Shown one piece after another: positions 50,701 to 60,045 of a stretch of DNA of 64,000 nt. Made by a program: the position numbers and the translations under genes. The DNA comes from Polyangiales bacterium. Its GTDB lineage: Bacteria; Myxococcota_A; Polyangia; Polyangiales; JADJQN01. The notes beneath the pieces are model-generated. The model did not search any database, was not told the origin of the DNA, and saw only the letters and a list, made by a program, of their open reading frames with translations. Numbering within the stretch: the stretch's first letter is position 1; each line of letters opens with the position of its first letter. The stretch is taken from the NCBI GenBank assembly GCA_964202905.1, contig CAXNJO010000003.1, forward strand, positions 96,001 through 160,000, read 5' to 3'.

Positions 50701-50849
50701 TCGCCACGATCCCCGGCGCCTCGGGCACGCGCGGGAGCGGCGGCACCATGTAGTGCTGATGCTCCTCGCACGGCCCCGTCGTGTTGAAGTACTTCGGAAT
50801 CGGCGGATAGACGCGCTTCTCGACCATGACCGCGCGCAGCGTATCACCG
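50701..50849. repeat. 149-bp copy of the AAA gene 5' end and leader (40558-40706)
   Basis: Identical by eye; encodes MVEKRVYPPIPKYFNTTGPC..APGIVA. Confidence 0.95.
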
Positions 50850-50950
50850 CGGCGCGCGAGGGTGCCGAGGCGTCCTGCCTACGCGCAGGAACGCTCGGTG
50901 CGGCGAGTCAACGCTGGGAGTACAATGACAACTGGCGGGAACGACCAGAC

Positions 50951-53824
50951 CTAGAATCCAAAGACCTCGACCTCCGCAATGCTCAGCGCGTTGGTCCCAC
51001 GCAGGCGAACCCTGACATATCGACCTGTTGCGGAACTCACGAAAACGGACGGACGACCAGCGAGCTCCCATTTCCATAAGCAGATGCAGACCACATAACA
51101 CCGTCATTTGAGGTTAGGATATCGAACTTGCTAGCAGCGACAGACGGTCACTCACATCGTTCCGAGCCCAGACATCCACCTTTCCAATGAGACGACTCGA
51201 CCCCAGATCTACCTGCCACCACGGCTGGGGCTCACTGTTCGTCGCTGCAAGTGCGCATGCGCTCGTCGCCCCTGAACGCCGCCCGTGCAGACTGGCGTGT
51301 AAAATCCATCATTCCCGTAGGAGGCAAGAAAGTCTCGCGACCCGTTGTTGTACGTGCTGCTCTGTGTCGCAAGACGCCCGCGTGAAAGGAGAACAAGCGT
51401 TTCTGTTGTACACACCGCACTGCACCCATCGCCACTGACCGCATTCCCGTCGTCGCACGTCTCGCCGCTGCCCACGACGCCATCACCGCAGCGCACGGCG
51501 CAGATACCGGTGTTGCAGCTCTGGCCGGCTCGCGCACGCGTTCGCGGAGAAGCCGAGTCCGTCGGTGTTGCAGACCTGCCGGGCGGTCGTGCTCGCGCAG
51601 ACGGTGGCGGCGCTGCCGGGCGTGCAGAGTGCGCTCGGTGCAGGAGCCGGCGCCGGTGCAGGCGTAGCCGAACGTCGCGGCGCCTGTGCAGGCGGCGGCC
51701 GTGTAGCCGAGGCCGTCGGCGTTGCAGACGCGGCGCGTGTTCGTGTCGAGACACGAGAAGGCACCGGGCGTGCAGACCCACGGTGCGCAGATGCCCGCGG
51801 AGCAGGTGGTGGAGGCACCGCAGGCAGAGTCGGTGTAGCCGAGACCATCGACGTTGCAGACGCGGCGGACTCCGTCGCTCAGGCAGCTCGTGCTGCCGGG
51901 CGTGCAAATCCAGGCGCCGCAGAGGCCCGTCGCGGTGTTGCAGCTCATGCCGCTCGGGCAGGTGCTCGTGGCCGAATAGCTCAGTCCATCGGCGCTGCAC
52001 GTGCGGCTACCCGTCGTGCCGACGCACATCGGCGTGCTGGGCGCGCAGAGGCGCGTCGTGCAGGTGCCCGTGCCCGTGCAGGTCTGCGTGTCGCTGCACG
52101 GCGCCGCGGTGTAGCCGAGCCCGTCGGCGTTGCAGACCTCGCGCCCGCTGAGCCCCGCGGTGGCCGCGCAGCGCGCGCTGCCGGGCGTGCAGATGCGCGG
52201 CAGACACGTGCCGCCGGAGCAGCTCTCGCTGCCCGCGCACGCGACGGTGGAGTAGCCCTGCCCGTCGGCGTTGCAGACCTGCCGCGCGCTCGCGCTCGCG
52301 CAGACGGGGCCGTTGGTGCCGGGGATGCACACGCGCTCGGTGCAGGTGCCCGCGCCGAGGCAGGCGTAGCCGCTCGCGGCGGGGCCGGCGCAGGACGCGG
52401 TCGAGTAGCCGAGTCCATCGCTGTTGCAGCGACGACGCGTGTTCACGTCGGCGCAGGAGAACGTGTCCGGCGTGCACGTCCACGGCGCGCAGAGGCCCGC
52501 CGAGCACGTGGTCGAGGGGCCGCAGGCCGTCTCGGTGTAGCCGAGGCCGTCCATGTTGCAGACGCGGCGGGTGTTGGCGCCGGGCACGCAGCTCACCGTG
52601 CCGGGCGTGCAGACCCAGCCGCTGCACATGCCCGTGCCCGCGTCGCAGCTCGCGCCCGCGCCGCACGCCATCGTCGGCGCGTAGCCGAGGCCGTCGGCGT
52701 TGCAGATGCGCGAGCCCGACGTGCCGTCGCAGCCCGGCGCGCCCGGCGTGCAGATGCGCGCGAGGCAGCTCCCCGCGCTGCACGACTCGGTGCCGGCGCA
52801 CGGCATCGACACGTAGGCGAGGCCCTCGGCGTCGCAGACCTCACGCGCCGTCAGGCCGGCCGACGACGACGCAGCGGCCCGCGCCCGGCGTGCAGATGCG
52901 CGGCAGACACGCGCCGTCGCGGCACCCCTCCGTACCCGCGCACGGCATCGCCTCGAAGCCCGCCCCCCGCGCGTCGCACACCTCGCGCGCGCCCATCGCC
53001 GAGCAGCGCGTCGCCCCGGGCGTGCACACCTGCGGCATGCACACGCCGACGCCGCAGTACTCGCCCGTCGCGCACGGCGTCTCCGTGCGCACGGTGCCCG
53101 TCGCGTCGCAGGAGAAGGCCGTGAAATCGCTCGTACACCCGAGCTCGCCGGCCGTGCACATCACCGCTGCGCACACCGCGGACATGCCATTCACGACGCA
53201 GCGTGCATCCGCCGCGCACGACTCCATCGCTTCCATCGTGCCGTCGGCGTTGCAGCGCAGGACGGTGCGGTTGTCGGCGCTGCACGCCTCTTCGCCCGCG
53301 TCGCAGACGATCGGGTCGATCGGCACGCACTCGAAGCGCATGCACTCGAAGCCACCGCTGCAATCGCGCGTCGTCTCGCACTCGCGCGCGGCGCACACTC
53401 CCGTGTCCATGCGGCAGAACTCGTCGGCGTCGCAGGCCGAATCTTCGCGGCAATAGAAGGTGCAGGCGTTGGCGCTGCACTGCTCGTTGCGGCCGCAGTC
53501 GGCGTCGGCGCTGCATTGCACGCAGTAGTCGAGCGTCGCGTCGCAGACGCCGAGCGGCGATTCGCAGTCGCCGTTGCTCGCGCAGGTCGTGCGGCAGAAG
53601 CCGTCGCGACACACCTCGCCGCCGCCGCAGTCGCGGTTGCTGGTGCAAGCGGTCAACGAAATCCCCGCGTCGCGGCCCGCGTCGACGGCGCCCGCGTCGG
53701 GCGTCATCGCGGGCGCATCGTCACCGCACGCGGTGACGAGCGCGAGGAAGGCAGCAATTACCCCCCCCCCACAAATCGCGAAATTACAACGTTTTTCGGC
53801 ATCTTGCGCATCTCGGACTCCCAT
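50951..53824 (-). CDS. Cys-rich stalk lipoprotein C with fucolectin/discoidin (F5/8 type C)-like tip; several frameshifts
   Basis: LVTACGDD; CTPG..CNADGLG repeats; CAVRCGDGVVGSGETCDDGN; LSRGRLATQSST, PWWQVDLG, GRYVRVRL..LSIAEVEVFGF*. Confidence 0.8.
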
Positions 53825-53967
53825 GTTCGGTGACGCGCCGCAGAGCGTGCGCGTGGCATCGAACGGGATGGTGCCGTCATTCGCGATGGCGGTGCAAGGG
53901 CGAAGACTGGGACGCGGCGCCAGGAGCGGTGCCGCGTACGGTTCGCCCCTGCGCTCCGCGCAGAGAC

Positions 53968-54435
53968 TCAGCGCGTGTCGACGTGCACCGCATGCGGATG
54001 AAACACGAGCTCCGCGAGGCCGCCCGCCGGGACGTGGACGACGGCGTTTTGCTCGTGCGTGACGAGGAGTTCGTCGAGGGTCGCGCGATCGGCGTCGAGG
54101 ACGGCGAGGCTCGGCTCGGGATCCCACGACGGGTCATTTCCTCGCCCAAGGGCGTTGAGTGACTTCAATCCGCGTGTCGCAAGATCGGATTTCAGCGTGG
54201 CATTTCGTGATCGATTGCCAGCATCGGATTGCGGCACCGAAAACGGATTCCACGCCGTGACGACCGACACCGAATGGCCTGCTCCGATTTCCGATTGCAG
54301 CGCTTCGGGGAGCGGTTGGCCGATGCGGACGACGGCCGTGAGGCCGCTCGCCCCATGCACTTCGTAGTTCGTCGAGGTGTAGGCTGCGATTTGCTCTCGG
54401 GTGATGCGCACGGGCTTCGGGGAATCGTTCGACAT
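53968..54435 (-). CDS. DUF3293 domain protein
   Basis: AAYTSTNY, VTAWNPFS, NRSRNATL, W.PEPS, EQNAVV. Confidence 0.8.
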   Translation of the reverse strand: MSNDSPKPVRITREQIAAYTSTNYEVHGASGLTAVVRIGQPLPEALQSEIGAGHSVSVVTAWNPFSVPQSDAGNRSRNATLKSDLATRGLKSLNALGRGNDPSWDPEPSLAVLDADRATLDELLVTHEQNAVVHVPAGGLAELVFHPHAVHVDTR

Positions 54436-54557
54436 GGTGGGCACTCCGTGGGGTGACGCAGCGGGGCGAGGGTGTCCTGCAGAGTGGGGATTTGCACGCC
54501 TCCGGTGCGCGCAACGCGCCGTGCGCCGGCATCCGCGCGTTCGTCTATGCTCGGCCC

Positions 54558-55303
54558 ATGAGCGGAGAGGGCAGTTCGTTCGTGCCGTCGTCGTGGGCGC
54601 TGCCCGACGCGCTCACGCGGCGCCTCGGGGCGAGCGCGGGGCGGCAGCGGCTCATGGTCGAAGACGGCCATGTGCTGCTCGTGCTGCATCGCGCGCCGAC
54701 GCCGGACGACGATGCGGTGCGCACGCCTGCGCTCTTCTGGCGCACGCCGGAGGGACACTGGCAGAGCGCGCCGGAGCCGGGCGGGCTCGAGGCGCTCGCG
54801 CGGCACGTGCAGGCCTACGCGCAGAGCGCGCACGCGCTCGACGCGCGCGTCGAGGCGGCGACGCACGCCGGCCGACTACTTCGGCGTGATGCGCTGGGTG
54901 CACCCGCTGCTGCGCTCGAGCCGGCACATGCAGGCGGTGTTGCAGGGCGCGCGCGACGCGCTGCCGGACGAGCGGCGCCTGCTCGACGCACGCGACGCCA
55001 CCGTCGAGGTCGAGCGCGCGGTCGATCTCGTCGCGGCCGATGCGCGCGCGGGCATGGATTTCACGCTCGCGCGGAGCAGCCGAGGAACAAGCCCGCTTCG
55101 CGCACGAGGCGGCGCTCGAGGCGCGCACTCTGAATCGCTTGGTCGCCTTCTTCTTCCCGCTCGCGACGCTCGTCGCCGTCTTCGGCATGAACCCGCCGGA
55201 GAGCGTGCTCGCGCTGCCGACGTTCTGGCCGATCGTCGGTGGCGGTGCGCTCGCGGGGCTCTGCGTGCTCGCGCTCGTCGTCACGTGGCGGCGGCGTCGC
55301 TGA
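54558..55303 (+). CDS. CorA-like membrane protein, frameshifts near 54870 and 55075
   Basis: RLGASAGRQR..LLVLH..LFWR; C-terminal LNRLVAFFFPLATLVAVFGMN with two TM helices. Confidence 0.6.
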
Positions 55304-55346
55304 GTCGCATTCGCGTACGGACGGGAATCGGTGCGGCGCCTGCGGG

Positions 55347-56294
55347 CTACGCGCGCAGCGCGTGGAGCGCCGCCATGAAGTCCTCGGGCGGGTCGCTGTC
55401 GAGGCGCAGCGGCTCCTCGGTGCGCGGGTGCACGAAACCGAGCGTCGCCGCGTGCAGCATCGGGCGCGGGGCCTCGACGCGGTCGCCGCCGTACTCCCGC
55501 ACGTAGACGGGCTCACCGACGAGCATGTGCCCGGCCTCGGCGAGGTGGATGCGGATCTGGTGCTGTCGGCCCGTCTCGAGGCGGCACTCGACGAGCGTCG
55601 CGCCACGCAGCCGCTCGATGGGCTGGACGTGCGTGACGGCGTGCTGCGCGTCGGGGGGCGGCGTCTTCGCGCCCGGGCGGCGGAAGAAGCCCCACGAGCC
55701 GCGCAGGCCGTCGCCGCGGTCGCGGATGAGGTCGCTCTCGAAGGTGCGTCCGCGCGAGAGCACGCCGTGCGCGAGGGCGACGTAGCGGCGCTCGATCGAG
55801 TGCGCGCGGAACTGCTGCTGGAGGTGCTTCTTCGCGGCGACGGTGCGCGTGAAGACGATCAGCCCGGTGGTGTCCTTGTCGAGCCGCTGCACGACGCCGA
55901 GCTGCGGGTCGTAGCCGCCGCCGCCGCGCCGCAAGGCCGCGCGCGTGCGGTCGACGAGCGTGTCCTTGTCGCCCGGATCGAAGGGCACGGAGATGAGGCC
56001 CGCGGGCTTCTCGACGACGACGACGTCGCGGTCGACGAAGACGATCTCGTCGCGCGAGAGGGTCCCGCCGCGGCGACGCGGGGCGCGCTCGTCGACGGTG
56101 ACGGTCATGCCCTCGGCGACGCGCGCGCCGGGATCCGTCGCGGGGTGGCCCTCGACCGAGACGCGCCCGCTCTCGCAGAGCGCCTTGGCGCGGGTCCACG
56201 GCAAGGAGAGCGCCTCGCGCACGACCGCGCTGACGGTGCGCCCGGACTGCGCGGCGCTGACGACGACCTCGGCGGTGGGGTTCGGGGAGGCCAC
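55347..56294 (-). CDS. RluA/RluD-family pseudouridine synthase with S4 domain
   Basis: EKPAGL, VQRLDKDTTG, LETGRQHQIRIH, LHAATLGFVHP. Confidence 0.93.
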   Translation of the reverse strand: MASPNPTAEVVVSAAQSGRTVSAVVREALSLPWTRAKALCESGRVSVEGHPATDPGARVAEGMTVTVDERAPRRRGGTLSRDEIVFVDRDVVVVEKPAGLISVPFDPGDKDTLVDRTRAALRRGGGGYDPQLGVVQRLDKDTTGLIVFTRTVAAKKHLQQQFRAHSIERRYVALAHGVLSRGRTFESDLIRDRGDGLRGSWGFFRRPGAKTPPPDAQHAVTHVQPIERLRGATLVECRLETGRQHQIRIHLAEAGHMLVGEPVYVREYGGDRVEAPRPMLHAATLGFVHPRTEEPLRLDSDPPEDFMAALHALRA

Positions 56295-56296
56295 GC

Positions 56297-57955
56297 TCAA
56301 TCTCCCTGCATCAGGCCGCGGATGCGTCCATCGGGCTCGATGCGGACGCGCACCGCCGCGGGCTCGCGGGGCAGGCCCGGCATCGTCATCAGCTCGCCCA
56401 TGAGCGCGACGACGAAGCCCGCGCCGGCGCTCAGGCGCACCTCGCGCACCGTCACGACGAAGCCGCTCGGGCGGTTGATCTTCTTCGGGTCGTCGGAGAG
56501 CGAGAGGTGCGTCTTCGCGACGCAGACGGGCAGATCCGCGTAGCCCCACGCGGCGAAGCGCTCGAGATCCTTCTTCGCGCCGGGCGAGAGGATGACGTCG
56601 TCGGCGCCGTAGATCGTGCGCGCGATCGCGCGCAGCTTCTCGAGGTAGGGCACGTCGAGCGGGTACGTGAAGCGCGGCTCGGGGGGGCGGGCGTCGGTGC
56701 CGTCGACGAGCTCGGCGACCGTTCGCGCCAACTCGAGGGCGCCCTCGCCGCCTTCGGCGAACGCGTGCGAGCGCGCCATGCGGACGCCGCGCGAGGCGCA
56801 GTGCCGCGCGAGCAGGCGGAGCTCGTCCTCCGGGTCGTCGGCGAAGACGTTGACCGCGACGACGGGCTCGAGGCCGAAGGAGCGCACGCTCTCGAGGTGC
56901 TTGTCGAGCTGCGGGAGGCCCGCCTCGAGCGCGGCGAGGTCGGGCTGCCGACACGAGGCCGCGGGCTTGCCGCCGTGGGATTTGAGCGCGCGCAGCGTCG
57001 CGACGAGCACGACGGCGCGCGGCCAGATGCCCGCGCTGCGGCACTTGATGTCGAGGAACTTCTCGGCGCCGAGATCGAAGCCGAAGCCCGCCTCCGTCAC
57101 GACGTAGTCGCCGTAGTGCATGCCCATGCGCGTCGAGAGGACGCTCGAGCAGCCGTGCGCGATGTTGGCGAAGGGGCCGCCGTGCACGAAGGCGGGGCCG
57201 CCCTCGGTCGTCTGCACGAGGTTCGGGCGGAGCGCCTCGCGGAGGAGCGCCGCCATCGCTGCGCCGCCCGCGACCGCGCGCGCGGAGACGGGTGCGTCGG
57301 CGCGCGTGGTGCCGACGACGATGCGGTCGAGGCGCGCCTCGAGGTCGGCGAGATCCTTCGCGAGGCAGAGCACGGCCATCACCTCGCTCGCCGCGGTGAT
57401 GTCGAAGCCGCTCTGGCGCGGGACGCCGCCGGTGCGCCCGCCGAGGCCGACGAGCACCTCGCGCAGGCTGCGATCGTTCATGTCGAGGCAGCGGCGCCAG
57501 GAGACGCGGCGCGGGTCGAGGCCGCTCGCGCCCTCGAAGTGAAGGTCGTTGTCCACGAGCGCGGCGAGCAGGTTGTTGGCCGCGGTGATCGCGTGCAGAT
57601 CGCCCGTGAAATGCAGGTTGATCACGTCGCTCGGGACGACCTGCGCGCGCCCGCCGCCGGTGCCGCCGCCCTTCACGCCGAAGACCGGCCCCAGCGACGG
57701 CTCACGGAGGCAGAGCGCGACCTTCTTGCCGAGCTTGCGCAGGCCCATCGCGAGCGCGCAGGAGATGGTCGTCTTGCCTTCACCCGCGGGCGTCGGCGTG
57801 ATCGCCGAGACGAGGATGAGGCGCCCGGCGCCGGTGCGCGGACGGTCGAGCGCGCCGAGCTCGACCTTCGCCATGTGGCGGCCGTGATGGAAGAGGTCGT
57901 CGCCGTGAAGGCCAAGCTCCGCGGCGACGTCGTCGATCGGGCGCAGGGTCGTCAT
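56297..57955 (-). CDS. fhs: Formate--tetrahydrofolate ligase
   Basis: ITPTPAGEGKTT, LREPSLGPVFGVKGG, INLHFTGD, HGGPFANIAHGC, TEAGFGFDLGAEKF, MTMPGLP. Confidence 0.97.
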   Translation of the reverse strand: MTTLRPIDDVAAELGLHGDDLFHHGRHMAKVELGALDRPRTGAGRLILVSAITPTPAGEGKTTISCALAMGLRKLGKKVALCLREPSLGPVFGVKGGGTGGGRAQVVPSDVINLHFTGDLHAITAANNLLAALVDNDLHFEGASGLDPRRVSWRRCLDMNDRSLREVLVGLGGRTGGVPRQSGFDITAASEVMAVLCLAKDLADLEARLDRIVVGTTRADAPVSARAVAGGAAMAALLREALRPNLVQTTEGGPAFVHGGPFANIAHGCSSVLSTRMGMHYGDYVVTEAGFGFDLGAEKFLDIKCRSAGIWPRAVVLVATLRALKSHGGKPAASCRQPDLAALEAGLPQLDKHLESVRSFGLEPVVAVNVFADDPEDELRLLARHCASRGVRMARSHAFAEGGEGALELARTVAELVDGTDARPPEPRFTYPLDVPYLEKLRAIARTIYGADDVILSPGAKKDLERFAAWGYADLPVCVAKTHLSLSDDPKKINRPSGFVVTVREVRLSAGAGFVVALMGELMTMPGLPREPAAVRVRIEPDGRIRGLMQGD

Positions 57956-58015
57956 GAGCGCGCACTCTATCAGAGCGCGCCCGCCGTGATCGCGGCGCCG
58001 ACGTCGCGGGCGCCG

Positions 58016-60045
58016 TCAGGGGCGCGGCGTGAGGTGATCCGTCGCGAGGCGCGTCGCGAAGCCGAGCACGTCGCGCGCGCCGTCGGAGCCGACGTAGAGC
58101 ATCTCGACCTCGGCGCGGCGCGTGACGACGGCCGGATCGCGCACCGAGAGGGCGTCGAAGCCGGACGCGTCGCCGGTGAGGATCGTCGGCGCGGGTGCGC
58201 GGCGCCAGAGCGAGAGGTCGGAGAGATCCGTCGCCATCAGGCCGATCGCCCAGCGCGCGCCGCTCCGCCCCGCGAAGGCGACCTGCACGCTGCCGTTGTG
58301 CCGGTACGCGCTCGGCGCGGCGACCTCGTCGCGATCGAAGGCGCCGAAATCGGGCTGCGTCGTGCGCACCGTGGCGAGATCCCAGTTTTCCGGGGGGATG
58401 GGGGCACCACCCGCGTCGAGGACGAGTCGGACGATGCGCGTGCCACCGCCCACCAAGTGCGCGCGTGCGAAGAGGTACGTGAGGCCGCTCGTGCCCTCGG
58501 CGGGGCGCAGCACGCTCGGCCCGTCGAGCGCGGTGAGGAGTTCCTCGCCGACGATTGCAGGGTCGGCCCAGCGCTCGGTGGTCACGGAGGGTGTGCCGTC
58601 CGTCGCGAGGCGGATCCGATCGATCGCGCCCGTCGTGCGGTTCGCGACGTAGAGGGTGTAGCCGTCGGCAACGCGGTCCGGGCAAGACGATCGAGGTGCA
58701 GGTCCGGGTCGCCGTACTCGGTGTCCTCCGCAGCGAGGCCCGGACCGTCCGTGGGGAGCATGACGCCCGGCATGAGGCGCTCTCCGGGCAGCACGCGCAG
58801 CGCGATCGCGCCGCCCTCTTCCCACGCGAGGAGCGTCTGCCCGTTTCCGGACGCCACGGTGGGCGCGGACGGCGCGGACGGCGCGGTGGCCGTCGTCGCG
58901 AGCTCGGACCGCGCGAGCCAGCGCGAGGGGGCGTCGCAGAGCGACGACGACACCACCACGTCGCGCGCCTCCGAGGTGCTGCCGCCCTCGGAGACGTTCA
59001 TGCCGCGGCCGTAGATCGCGAGCTGCAATGGATCCGCGCGCGGCGTGATGCGGCCCGTGAGCGTGCCGAGCGGGACGTCGTCCGCCGCGTTGCGCACGTC
59101 GAGCTGGACGGCGCCGGTGGGGAGCACGGCCAGGACCACACGCACGTCGCCGACGGTGCCGAGCGGCAAGCGCTGCGCGATCTCCCCCGCGAGCACGAGC
59201 GCGACCTCCGCGCGGGCCGCGCTCACGACCACGCCCGCCACGGGGCGCACCGAACCTGTGGGCCCGGGGACGCCGCCCGCCACCAGCCCGAGCCCCACGC
59301 TCTCGTAGCAGCCCGCCCCGCAGGCCCCGACCGGGGTCGAGAGCTCCCCGCGGACGACCAGGGCGCGGCCCGCGTCGAGCGGCTTCACGAAGAGGGCGCC
59401 GCTGTCGCCGACGGCGTCGCCGAGCGGGCGGATCGCGCCGCGCGACACCTCGGGCAGCGGCGCGCCGAATCCGACGATCTCGCCCGCCGCGGTGCAGTCC
59501 GCGAGCGTGCCCGTGCAGCCCGCGGCCCGGAGCGTCGCGACCATCTCCTCCGCGCCGCAGCACCCCAGGGAGGTCGCGCCGACGCAGCACGAAGGGAGTC
59601 GCGCGCAGCCGGGGTCCCCGCAGTCGAAGACGCCGTCGAGGTTGTTGTCCTGGCCGTCGTAGCAACTCGCGCGCTCGACATCCGACGCCGCGAGTGCGTC
59701 GGCGCGCGTCGCGATCCCCTCACTGCGCAGATCCGGCCCCGAGTCCGTGCTCGCGTCGGGGGGGCAACCGATGCAAGGGGGCGGCCCCCGCCCGCCGGCC
59801 TCAGGATTCGCGCCCGCGTCCTCGAACGGCGGGCCGACGACGGGGCCCGCGTCGTCCATGGCCGCACAACCCGAGGCGAGCGCGGCGATCAGCCCGAGGG
59901 AGACGGCGAATCCCCCGGCGCTGGCACGGAGTGGCGCAGTCGCGGCGGAGCGCCCGACGTCCATGCCCCGCTTGCTGCCCGTCCCGCTGCCGGCGCTCGC
60001 CGCGTCGCCGCGTGTCTCACGGCGTCGATCCGCATGATCTTTCAT
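58016..60045 (-). CDS. Lipoprotein with Cys-rich motif and propeller-like C-terminus, frameshift near 58680
   Basis: LASGC; CYDGQDNNLDGVFDCGDPGC; FDRDEVAAPS and FDALSVRDPAV (GH43/GH130-like blade motifs); ATGA coupling. Confidence 0.65.

Noticed and set aside
39083..50849. Diversity-generating retroelement template/variable repeats
   Set aside because: No reverse transcriptase in the window, and the repeat pairs differ by at most one synonymous base with no adenine-specific pattern.
55870..55895. QRLD instead of HRLD in the RluA enzyme as a sign of inactivation
   Set aside because: The catalytic Asp and the other motifs are intact.
34057..57955. Functional hutF-fhs formate link
   Set aside because: The genes are over 20 kb apart and no other hut genes are present.
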